DNA from: the human T2T-CHM13v2.0 reference genome, Homo sapiens
Length of the DNA stretch: 64,000 nucleotides
Assembly: GCF_009914755.1 (NCBI RefSeq)
Contig: NC_060934.1
Direction: 5' to 3' (one strand)
Shown: positions 27,679 to 44,524 of the stretch, in pieces
Position numbering within the stretch: position 1 is the first letter of the stretch
How the letters are laid out: every line of letters starts with the position of its first letter
Position numbers and translations under genes: made by a program
The notes under the pieces: generated by a model
Told to the model about the DNA's origin: nothing
What the model saw: only the letters and a program-made list of their open reading frames with translations
Databases searched by the model: none

Positions 27679-29500
27679 CCAAATCAATGCTGGTAAGTTC
27701 TCAGTTCCTAATAACTCAGAACTAAGCAATTTTCTGGTTTTTAATTGAATATCTAACAGATTTTCTTGTGGGGAGAACTTCATTCCCCAATAATACCAGG
27801 CAAATGGAGCATGTAAATAGGAAACCATATTGTCATTGAGATTTAAGCAATTTTACAAACAAAATTTCTTTCTAAGCACACGCTATTAGAGAAGACAGAC
27901 TATGAATCACAATTGTAAAATAAAACTATCTATCACTTACTGTTTCTGACCCCTATACCACTACTCATCTTTCTCCTGACACCTAGGAAGCTGTTGTATG
28001 CAAAGGCCACCTCTTTATTTCACTGAGCATCTTTTTCACTTAGCTTCATTGTGTGAAATTATTTCTCTTTTATTCCTGCCCCAGAAATCTAAACAGAGTC
28101 CCAATCTTATATCCAGGAACAGCAGAAGACTGGTGCGATATAAAAGTATTACTCTCACTGGTGGCTGGCAAGATGGCCGAATAGGAACAGTTCTGGTCTG
28201 CAGCTTCCAGCGAGATCAACACAGAAGGTGAGTGATTTCTGCATTTCCAACTGAGGTACCCAGCTCATCTCATTGGGACTGGTTAGACAGTGAGTGCAGC
28301 CCACAGAGGGCAAGCCAAAGCAGGGTGGAATTTTGCCTTACCTAGGAAGTGCAAGGGGTTTGGGAACTCCCTCCCCTAGCCAAGGGAAGCTGTGAGGGAC
28401 TGTGTCATGAGGAATGGTAGTCTGGCCCACATACTATGCTTTTCCCATGGTCTTCGCAACCTGTAGACCAGGAGATTCCCTCAGGTGCCTACACCACCAG
28501 GGCCCTGGGTTGCAAGCACAAAGCTGGGCAGCAGTTTGGGCAGACACCGAGCTAGCTGCAGGAGTTTTTTTTTTTTCATACTCCAGTGGCACCTGGAACA
28601 CCAGTGAGACAGATCCGTTCATTCCCCTGGAAAGGGGGCTGAAGCCAGGGAGCCAAGTGGTCTAGTTCCGTGGATCCCACCTCCACAGAGCCCAGCAAGC
28701 TAAGATCCATTGGCTTGAAATTCTCACTGCCAGTACAGCAGTCTGAAGTTAACCTGGGATGCTCCAGCTTGGAGGGGGTAGGGTCATTCGCCATTACTGA
28801 GGGTTGAATAGGTGGTTTTCTCCCATAGTGTAAACAAAGCCCCTGGGAAGTTTGAACTGGGCGGAGCCCACCGCAGCTCAGCAAACCACTGTAGCCAGAC
28901 TGCCTCTCTAGATTCCTCCTCTCTGGGCAGGGCATCTCTGAAAGAAAGGCAGCAGCCCCAGTCAGGAGCTTATAGATAAAACTCCCATCTCCCTGGGACA
29001 GAGCACCTACGGGAAGGGGTGGCTGTCGGTGCAGCTTCAGCAGACTTAAACGTTCCTGCCTGCTGGCTCTGAAGAGAGCAGTCAATCTCTCAGCACAGAG
29101 CTCCAGCTCTGCTAAGAGACAGAGTACCTCCTCAAGTGGATCCCTGACCCCCATGCCTCCTGACTGGGAGATACCTCCTAGCAGGGGTCAACAGACACCT
29201 CATACAGGAGAGCTCTGGCTGGCATCCGGCAGGTGCCCCTCTGGGACGAAGATTCCAGAGGAAGGAACAGGCAGCAATCTTTGCTGTTCTGCAGCCTCCG
29301 CTGGTAATACCCAGGCAAACAGGGTCTGGAGTGGACCTCCAGCAAACTCCAGCAAACCTGCAGGGAAGGGGTCTGACTATTAGAAGGAAAACCAACAAAC
29401 AGAAAGGAATAGCATCAACATCAACAAAAAGGATGTCCACACAAATGCCCCATCTGAAGGTCACCAACATCAAAGACCAAAGGTAGACAAACCCACGAAG

Positions 29501-30525
29501 ATCAGGAAAAACCAGCGCAAAAAGGCTGAAAATTTCAAAAACCAGAATGCCTCTTCTCCTCCAAAGGATCACAACTCCTTGCCAGCAAGGGAACAAAACT
29601 GGACTGAGAATGAGTTTGACGAACCGACAGAAGTAAGCTTCAGAAGGTGGGTAATAACAAACTCCTCCGAGCTAAAGGAATGTGTTCTAACCCAATGCAA
29701 GGAAGCTAAGAACCTTGAAAAAAGGTTAGAGGAATTGCTAACTAGAATAACCAGTTTATAGAAGAACATAAATGACCTGATGGAGCTGAAAAACACAGCA
29801 TGAGAACTTTGTGAAGCATACAGAAGTATCAATAGCCGAATCAATCAAGCAGAAGAAAGGATATCAGAGACTGAAGATCAACTTAATGAAATAAAGCATG
29901 AAGACAAGGTTAGAGAAAAAAGAATGAAAAGAAATGAACAAAGCCTCCAAGAAATATGGGACTATGTGAAAAGACCAAACCTATGTTACATTGGTGTATC
30001 TGAAAGTGATAGGCAGAATGGAACCAAGCTGGAAAACACTCTTCACGATATTATCCAGGAGAACTTCCCCAACCTAGCAAGACAGGCCAACATTCATATT
30101 CAGGAAATACACAGAACACCACAAAGATACTCCTTAAGAAGAGCAACCCCAAGACACATAATCATCAGATTCACCAAGGTTAAAATGAAGGAAAAAATAT
30201 TAAGGGCAACCAGAGAGAAAGGTCAGGTTACCCACAAAGGGAAGCCTATCAGACTAACAGCTGATCTCTCTGCAGAAACCGTACAAGCCAGAAGAGAGTG
30301 GGGGCCAATATTCAACAATCTTAAAGAAAAGAATTTTCAACCCAGAATTTCATATCCAGCCAAATTAAGCTTCATAAGAGAAGGAGAAATAAAATCCTTT
30401 ACGGACAAACAAATGCTGAAAGATTTTGTCACCACCAGGCCTGCCTTACAAGAGCTCCTAAAGGAAGCACTGAAAATGGAAAGGAAAAATCTGTACCAGC
30501 CACTGCAAAACATATCAAATTGTAA
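29501..30525 (+). pseudogene. L1 ORF1p remnant
   Basis: Start codon mutated (ATC AGG AAA AAC CAG) with internal stops. The 29924 ORF gives NEQSLQEIWDYVKRPNL...RPALQELLKEAL. Confidence 0.9.
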
Positions 30526-30612
30526 AGACCATCGACACTATGAAGAAACTGCATCAACTAGCAGGCAAAATAACCAGCCTGCATCAACTAGCAGGCAAAA
30601 TAACCAGTCATA

Positions 30613-34739
<4,127 letters not shown>

Positions 34740-37671
34740 ACAATGAGGACACATGGACACAGGGAGGGGAACATCACAAACAGGGGCCTGTTGAGGGGTG
34801 GGGGGCTAGGGGAGGGATAGCATTAGGAGAAATACCTAATGTAGAGGACGGGTTGATGGGTGCAGCAAACCACCATGGCAAGTATATAGCTATGTAACAA
34901 ACCTGCAGGTTCTGCACATGTATCCCAGAACTTAAACTATAATAACAACAAAAACAAAGTATTACTCCAACCAACAGTATCCCTTGCTATATACCAAGGC
35001 AATTTTAACATGCTCAAATAGTCACCTGCTAAAATGTGAACATTCCACAACCAGTAAATTCCACAAAAATTTCAAAAAGATTTTTCTCTGCAGACAAAAT
35101 AAACATTGCAGCATGAAATGTACTTTGTGAATTGAATAATTAGATGCCGGATACCAAAGGGCCAAGATAAAAATAGCGGCATCCACCAGGCTTCCTACAT
35201 TCTTTATGATAGACTAAGCTGGCAGCCTGTACGGGACTGCACTAACATGAAAAATTTGTTGCCACTAATCCTGTTCCTGCAGGCAGAAAATTCTCTTTGT
35301 TTAGCTTCAGAGTGAGAAAACTCCACCATCACCTAAAGTCCATCTTGTACAGTTAAAAATAAAACTCGTCAAATAGGGATTTGCTGCATGACCCTGACCT
35401 GTGCACAGCTGCAGGCTTCTCCGGGCAGGAGAACAAATGTCTACATGGGAAGAGAATGCACACTCTGGCTGGATCAGGGGAGAGTAGACGCTCATGTGGG
35501 AAAGTTCAGGCAGGAATGCCTGAAGGTTGGAAATAATTCTATAAAGTAAATCACACCATACGCCTCTGTCGGCTACACAAATGCACCTGTGGCCAAACAG
35601 AACACCGTGTGGCTCTTCTGTCCATGCACAAGTAGAGAGACAAAGTCTGGGCCTTCACTTCTCTCCTGTCTCTTTCCCATCAATGTGCTCCCAATTCCTG
35701 CGTAGGGACTTGGTTCAAGCTGCGCATCCTCAGAGAGGCTTTTTCTAAACATCTTGCCTAGAGTGGCCTCTGGTGCATTTTGTAAGCCCAGGCTTGTATT
35801 TGTTAATAGGTAACAGGAGCTCCACAAATCCCCTTACCCTGCGTCTTGCTTCCTTCCAGCTCCTGTGTGTCCTGTCTGGAGGGAGATTCTAATCTCCCAG
35901 CAGCAGGGAGGCACATCTTCTGTTATTCCCACAGTTTAGTACAGCACTCCTATCAAACGGCTACGTAGTAAAATCTGATGAAGGACTTAGCAAATTACCT
36001 TCTCATAGGATTCATTCCTGAAAAAACAAGGCCTCCTTGCATGAGAAGTGGATCTTGGGGAACACTGAAATTGGGTGGGAGCGAGAAAAAGGATTAAACA
36101 CAGGAGGTTAGAGAGGAAGAGGGAAGGAACGACTGGCCTTCCCCCAGAAGAGCTCAAGGAGGACCTCTGAACTGAATGCAGCATTTCAGGGTCGCGCAGA
36201 GGAGAGGAGGCACCGAGGCAATCCAGGAAGGAGCAAAGACTCGCGATCCGGAGAGAATGGTGGCACTGAATGCACAGTGAGGAGGGGGTTTCTGGAAGAA
36301 ACGTGCCAAATGTTGAACAGAGAGTGAGGCAAAGTGAGCATCTCTGGGTGTGTGTGAGGGGGGCATTGAGATAGACGGAAAGTAAGATAGTGGAAGGGAC
36401 CACAGTTGCAGCACAATCAAGGCTATTTGCTGACACTGAAGGAGAACTGTTAGGCAAGTTTCCCCCCGCTGCATTTTTGTCCTAAATGCCACCCCAGAGT
36501 GGTATCTTCCCAAACCACACCCAGCTCTGACGCATGACGGCTGACACCTGAGTTTCCAAGGTCTCGTGGTGATTAATATGCTCATTTCCATGGTGATATT
36601 TTTTGGATCTTCACCTAACTCTCCTTTAAGGGTAGAATAAGGACTAGTTAGATAATTCCCTCGAATTCCAAAGTTATTCCAAATTCTCAGGTAATCCAAG
36701 TTATCACAGCTGCACTCAATTCTCCCATCCACTGCTGGCTATTCCGGGAGCAGCCTTCCCTGATCACCTAGGAGGGACCCAGGATAGAGCCTGGCTTCAC
36801 TGGGGGACCCCAAGGTACCAGCAGAAGATGTGAGAGGGAAGCAGTCTCCTTCCAGGACCTTTTCTCTGCTTCTGGTAAGGCCTGACACCTAGGCAGTCAC
36901 ATGCATGGGGCAAGAGTGCTCTCTGCTTAGACAGTCAGTGACTACAGCCAGGAGCTAGAGCATTTTGAGGGGCACCCCTCACCAGGGATGGGAGAGATGG
37001 GGAGGTGCCAGTGCCATCACCAATCACAAATTCTCAGATTGGTTAATTTCTTTGACAGTTCATTTTAATGCTTTGTACATGATGCTGAGACATCTAAAAT
37101 AAGACAGCTTTTCTCTCCTCGTTTTTTATTAGGAGAAAAGGGGAAAGCAATCAGAATCCATTCTTCTCAGCACTTGGGCAAAGCACACATTAAAGCACCT
37201 CCACGTCAGATTCCCTTTCCTCCTCTGCAGTGCTGTCCGTACTTCTCCAAAACATTCCCCAACTATCATCCCTTCTAGGAATGTACTCCAGAATATGCCC
37301 TTGAAGAGGACAAAAGGCATAAGCCCCACAGTCACTAGCATGTGCTAACATACTCATGGGTTCTGTCATCCTGGGTTCATCCTGTTATCATCCTGGGTTC
37401 TGTCAAAAATACATTAAGTAGATGTAGTCTTCATCCTCAGGAAATGTATAAGCCAACACAGGAATATAGTTTTCAAGGTTTGCTCATCCCCCTGCCTCTC
37501 TGGTCCCTGCCCCTAGCGGTGAGGAAATGGCCCAGGTGGCTGTGCCTTGGCTTCCCACGCTCGGCCTGCGCTCCTAGGCTTTTGCCGCTTCACCTCTTTT
37601 TGGTTTGGTGACCATATTCTTCAACCCCAGTAAGACACTGGGATCTATTTTCATAGATCCCTATATGTATA

Positions 37672-37824
37672 TTTTTTGGGGGACAGGGTCTCACCCTGTC
37701 GCCCAGGCTGCAGTAAAGTGGCATGATCATAGCTCACTGTAACCTCAAATTCCTGACCTCAAGCAGTCCTCCCATCTCAGCTTCCCAAAGTGCTGAGATT
37801 ATAGGCATGAGCCACCACACCCAG
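37672..37824 (-). mobile_element. FLAM/AluJ monomer
   Basis: GACAGGGTCTCACCCTGTCGCCCAGGCTG..CCCAAAGTGCTGAGATTATAGGCATGAGCCACC, single monomer length. Confidence 0.85.
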
Positions 37825-38240
37825 TGATCCCTCTACTTTAAGAGGAAAACAGTCTAAAGCAAGTTATTAAAAGGTGAACACTCATATGGCCATCTGTATT
37901 AGTGTTCTATTGTGACTATTAGTAAGAATAAAATACTATCTTTATGTGAAAGCTTACAGGAAAATCTGAGTTGAGAAAAGAAAGGTAAAAACAAAATGCT
38001 AGATTGGGGAAGTTATGCCAAAAGGGACAACTGTGAAATCTGTCAGTCAAGTATAATATCATGACAACTGCTTACATGATACATGTAAGTCAAACTACAA
38101 AAGAGGAGCCACTTAGTCCAATTTGAGGCAAGGAACCTAAAAAAAAAAATATGAGGTTAATGCAGAATGTAAACTGCAGAATGTTATACTATTCAGCCTG
38201 AAAGTAAGAACTGGTGAAATAAACAAGAAAGAATATTTCA

Positions 38241-38547
<307 letters not shown>

Positions 38548-39364
38548 CATTTTACTTTTATGTTCAGTTGGACTTTTTGAAAATGGGCTATGTTAACTAC
38601 TAGAAAGTATAAGATCAGTAACTAGTCGAGGAGTCCACAACTTCATATAGTAAGTGGCAAAATGTTTACATAAATAAATCAGGTTCTGCATGGGCCCCTG
38701 CAATGCAGATGCTTGTTGTCTAGTCCATCTGTGATCTGTGGTGTATTTTGGCTCCTTCGCTTTAGGAAGAAATTAAGAAATGAAGAAGCAAGTGACATTC
38801 GATGGGAAAAAAAAATAAACACAAACTATTCTTAGAGTTTGGTCATGGCCTGAGGGCCATGATACAGTAATTACATAAGAAAAGTCAATGAGAAAAAAAC
38901 CCAGCATGAAAAACTGAAATCCCATAGCCTGAATGGAAGCCTAGTGTGGGGAACTGCTAAGGGATTTATGAAAATACCCTGGAACCCACTTCAGCATGTC
39001 AGCCATCAGATCGCCGTGTCTCTCCTATGTTTCAGAAAGTTCCTTTTTATGGAGCACTACTTCAGTGATTAGAAAGGTGTGTTTCCTAGTGAGGGGTGCT
39101 GAAAGGTCCAGGAAACAAACCATCTTCTAGGTCCAAAATTGCCAGTCACTAATGTGTTAGGAAACAAGGGAGGAAAAGCAGGCACCACACCTCTCAGGCC
39201 TCCCCGTTAGCACAGATGATAGACTTAGATACCTGTCCTTCTCTAGACTTTTATATTTTATTTACAGTAACTATCCAAAATTAACTTGGGACACCCAACA
39301 TGAAGTGGCAAAGAAAGTGCAATAGACGACAACTACTACACCATCTATATAGTCTTCTTTACCT

Positions 39365-39905
39365 TTTTTAAAAATAGAGTTTATTTTAGAGCAGTTTTAG
39401 GCTCACAGAAAAACTGAGTGAAAGGTACAGAGATTTACCATATATCTCCAGCCCCCACACGTGCATAGCATCATCAACATCCCCACCAGAGTGGCATTTT
39501 GCTACAATTGATGAGCCTATATTGACATATCAGTATCACCCAGAGTCCATAGTTTATATCAGCATTCATTCTTGGTGTTGTACAGTCTATGAATCTGGAC
39601 AAATGTTTACTGACATGTATCCACCATTATAGTATCACACTTAGTAGTTTCACTGCCCTGGAAACCACTGATCTTTTTACTGTCTCCATAGTTTTGCCTT
39701 TTCTGAATATCATATACTTGGAATTACACAGTATGCAGCCTTTTTAGATTGGGTTCTTTAATTTAGTAACATGGATTAAGTTTCCTCCATGTCTTTTCAT
39801 GGCTTAGTAGCTCATTCCTTTTTATAACTGATTAATATTCCATTATCTGGATGTACCACCATTTATTTATCCTTTCATCTGTTGAAGAACATCTTGGCTA
39901 CCTCT
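39365..39905 (-). mobile_element. L1M (L1MC/MB-type) 3' fragment
   Basis: TTTTAGAGCAGTTTTAGGCTCACAGAAAAACTGAG..CCCCACCAGAGTGG..TTCCATTATCTGGATGTACCA. Confidence 0.75.
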
Positions 39906-40404
39906 TCATTACTTTTTTTAAAAATAGGATTTAAAGATACGGTGAGGAGTGAAAAAAAACAAACAAAAACATGGCAAGAGCAACTCAGGCTACCCATCAA
40001 GAACTATAAAGAATCTCTTTAGTGCTTTCTACTTTCATCACTCCTTTTCCCAAGGTGATTGCTTCGTGTTCATCCGCCAACTCTTGATATGCAAGGTAAT
40101 TTTCGCCAGGGTCTTCTTCCTGAAGGATCTTGTCATAAGTAGAACAGTATTATAAGTATATATTAATAACCTATATATACATATAGTTATATATTAATAA
40201 CATGTTAGCTTTTAACTGAAAACTAAAGTTTCAGTTTTTGTGTAAAGAAATTCTCCTCTCAGGAATGTTTGCATTTTAACAGAAGGAACAAATTTCAGAC
40301 TAGAAATTTCCAACACTATAGCAGCCTGTTTGGGAAAATCAAGTGGTATTTGGAAACACGAGTGTTTTTCTGGTGTCTCTCAAATTACTCCAAACTGGGA
40401 TTCA

Positions 40405-40799
<395 letters not shown>

Positions 40800-40883
40800 C
40801 TAGACATCCAAATTCAACACTCTTTATTTGTTTAATATTTAAATGCTTTTAAAGGAAGAAGTTGCCAAGATCTTATCCTTTAT

Positions 40884-41112
40884 AACTGATTCTCAACCGG
40901 GGTGATTTTGCCCCATATCCTGAGGACATTTGGGAACAGATGGACGTATTTACGGTTATCACAACAGGGTGGGGTATGGGAGTTAGTGCTACTGTCATCT
41001 AGTGGGTAAAGGCCAAGGATATTGACAAACATCCTACAATGCACAGGTCAGCCCCCCACTACAAATAATTAGCCAACCCAAAAGTCAATAGTACTGAAGT
41101 TGAGAAGCCCTT
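40884..41112 (+). mobile_element. MER20 (hAT-Charlie)
   Basis: TTCTCAACCGGGGTGATTTTGCCCC..TGCTACTG.CATCTAGTGGGTA.AGGCCAAGGAT..AAACATCCTACAATGCACAGG..GTTGAGAA.CCCT. Confidence 0.85.
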
Positions 41113-41815
41113 CTCTATGTGAGCTAACTGCACTAAAGTTGATACCTGGATAATATAAACATCAATGCCAGTGAAATTAGTGCCCAGCTTAAGAGTAAAA
41201 CTGACCATAATTTATAAGGATCTGCACTATTTTCTTAACATTTCTGGAATATCTTATCCCTGGCTTTGATTTACTGAAATTACCTTTTCAAAAACACTCA
41301 ACTGAATAAAATGAAGAGGGTTTATCTACTGTGTAGTTCATGCAAGTTTTTCTATTTTGGAAATGGAAGTAGTGATTAAAATTGGCATTTCTGAAACTCT
41401 AATTGCTAGTTGTTGCACTGCTAGGGGGGAAAAAAAAGAAAAATATTTCCAAGACCAGCCAGATGGGAAGTCTCAAGATAAGAAATTATAAGCCAGTGTT
41501 CATATTCCAACCAGAAGAAACATTCTGTTTATACATTTTAAAATTCTGCTTAAATAGTAAGCAATGCACTTCTTTAATGAATTCCTAAACAGCTATTAAT
41601 TGGCTGACTAGTTTTCTAATACTGGGTTTAATCTCCCAAACCCTATTAGATTATTAATAAGTAGAACAGTCTGTATTAAAAAAAAACTCTGTATAATAAC
41701 AGCTTTATAAATTTTAATGGGATTAGACTGGTTTCTGATATTGTAGGTGATATCTCTTTGTAGGTGTATAAACTGCCAGTAGAATCTCAAAATGTCCATT
41801 TTTCAAAACTCATTA

Positions 41816-42541
41816 TGTTACCAGCAGTGAATCCGTACAAGTCTGAAGCAAACTTGATCCTTGACTCCTCAGAGAAAATAATTTGGCTGAGGAGCAGATG
41901 CAGGTTTAAGGCAGAGGGAAAGACCAAGGCAACTTTTAGAGTAGGAGTGAAAGTTTATTAAAAAAAAATTTAGAGTAGAAACAAAAAGAAGTAAAGGACC
42001 CTTGGAAGAGGGCCAAGCGAGTGACTTGAGAGATCCAAGTGCCCCATCTGGCTCTTGACCTGGAGTTTCATACATTGGCATGGTTCGGGGTTTTGGTTTC
42101 TTCTCGCTTGAGAAGAAAAGACTTCCCTTGGAGCAGGCTGTCTGCATGCATGGTGGCCTGCCAGCACTTGGGAAGGGCTGCATGCACAGCATGTTTACTG
42201 AATTTGTGCAAATGCTCATTTGAGGTGTTGTTCCCTTACTAGCTGACTGTTCCTAGAGGAAGGTCATATACCCATTAAACCACCATTTTGACTCTTAGTG
42301 CGCATCCTTGAGCCCACTTGCCCAACTCCTGAGATCTCATCAGGAAGCTGCTGATCACCAGATGTGGGTGTTTTCTTATCTATTGGGAGACTGCCCTTCC
42401 CTGGCACCAGCTGTGCCCAATTATTATTTTACAGAGATAGTTTAACAACCACCTGACCATCACCTGATGGTCGCCTGACATTCCTGGTGGGCAGGGCCCT
42501 TTCCTGCCCTGCTCATGTCTGCCTAACTACCTACTCCAACA
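41816..42541 (-). mobile_element. ERV1 solo LTR (MER50-like)
   Basis: TG...CA ends. Minus strand begins TGTTGGAGTAGGTAGTTAGGCAGACATGAGCAGGGCAGG; AATAAA on the - strand near 41954; 4-bp near-TSD ATTA/ATTT. Confidence 0.75.
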
Positions 42542-44458
42542 ATTTGTGATTGAAATATGATGAAGTCTTTCAGCTTACACATCCAGAACCAGAGCAACAC
42601 AAATGTTTTCATGACATCAATACTCAGTCTTCGGAACACAATCTATATTTCTTTGGTAACTTCTGCTCTTCTGAAAGCTCTCTCTCCTCCCTTTGTCACT
42701 CCCTTTCCTCTCCTTCTTTTTCTCTTCTGCCATTCCCCTAAGAAACAGTAAATGGATGGAAAAGACTTGCAGTGGAGGTATGTGAGGAAAAGCCATAAAG
42801 GTTCCATCTGTCATCCATGAAACTAAAACTGCTCAAACAAGAAAAGACAGCCCAGCAAGGGCTTTCACTTACTGAAATTTATCTCAAATTTTCCAAACAT
42901 AAGAATCTTTAAGCCACGAAGAAAGGCTTTTTTTTTTTTTTTTTAACAGGGTCTTGCTTTTGGTAAATTTGTGTAACTGTTTTCTTTTATTCAAGTCTGC
43001 TGAAAGCTACTGAGTGAGAACTACAAATTGAGGTACATCTCTTGCTCGTTGCTTGGGTTTGACAAATAAAGCAATCATCAAAATCATGGAGTGTGCACTG
43101 TTTTTAAAAGCCCTATTTGCTTGACATAATATAGCAGCTGGATGGCTAGGCAAATAAATGGCATTACTTAACATAATCACTTAATGTTGTGCAACGAAAT
43201 TCAGGTCTCATTGCTTTATTGCTTTCAAAGAGTTTAATGACAATGAAGTTGATTGTTAGTGTGAAGATATAAATTGTTCAGTAGTTAGAGTTGTTAATGG
43301 CAGCAAAGGAACACAAAAGAGGAAAAACAGGCTTTAGTAGCACAAATTCATTGCTAATTGCCTGTGCATTCATTATAGGCTGACCAGGGCTAATTATCTA
43401 ATTAAACTAAAGCTCTGCTGCCTTAAAGAAATTTCTACGCACTGTGATGTTGGTTGTCAATTCCTCAGCATGTCCTGTTGAAATGTGTAGTTAACTCAAG
43501 TCATGTTTTGCTTTTCCCACTAGCAATACACGGCAGTCTTATTGCATGATAATTTGTGCTTAGAATGAAAAAAAAATTTTTTTCCTTAAAAAACACATTG
43601 TGGAAACTAAAAATAATGACAAACATTTTAAACAAGAGCTCCTGCTCATTTTACTCAATGATCTATATTCAGGAAAAGTCAATATAATCTACTTTAGAAA
43701 GGGAAAACACAGACATAAAAACAAGTCAAGTATCATTATATACATGCTACTGAGTGTTCTCTTCATGTTAAAAATACATTTAAAAGTGTCTTTTGTGATA
43801 TCTGTGCAGATCATGGTATGAAATTAATCATTACAATCTTCAAAATTCATAGGTTTTTTTTTTTTAATGCTGGAAGGAAAGTGGTAAATCATCTAAACCA
43901 AATTCTTCAGTTTATAAATAAAGGAACTGAAGTTCCAAGAAGTGAAATGACTTGCCCCAAGTCACACAGCTGGTTGCTAGAACCAGGAGGAGAACTGGTG
44001 TCCTCGCAGTCCATTATTCTTTCCATGATAAGTCCTGCTGTTCCACTTTCAAATCGTACTGTTATTTCTCACACTTTCTTAAAATGCCAGAACAGAGCAT
44101 CTATGTTATGTGGACAAGGTTATTTTTGTTTGTTTTTCCAAAAGAAGGCTTTGATTAGCAGCATTTCATCTCTCCAAGAAAACACATGTAATACTGCCCC
44201 TATTTATTTATTTCAAGTCAGTCAAATGCCCAGGAGTGTAATTTAAGGTGAATACTCAAGGGAGAAGCTTAAAAAAACAAACAAACAAACAAAAACAACA
44301 AAGTATCACTTGCCTTCTCCAACTAAAGAGAAAAAGATGATAAACTTACAGTGGATTTTATTAATCAGAGTGCTCAAACAATTTAATTGCATCCTGCTAT
44401 TTTGTTCCTAAGGAATTTGATTCTAAACCAATGATCCATGACCATAAAGCAATATTTA

Positions 44459-44524
44459 TTGGGTTGGTGCAAATATAATTATGGTTTAATGGCAAAAACC
44501 ACAATAACTTTTGCACCCACCTAA
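44459..44524. mobile_element. MADE1 (Hsmar1 mariner MITE), internally deleted
   Basis: TIRs TTGGGTTGGTGCAAA / TTTGCACCCACCTAA flanked by TA dinucleotides. Confidence 0.88.

Noticed and set aside
35987-36732. Overlapping 156 and 192 aa minus-strand ORFs
   Set aside because: No recognisable domain, non-ATG starts, no supporting gene structure.
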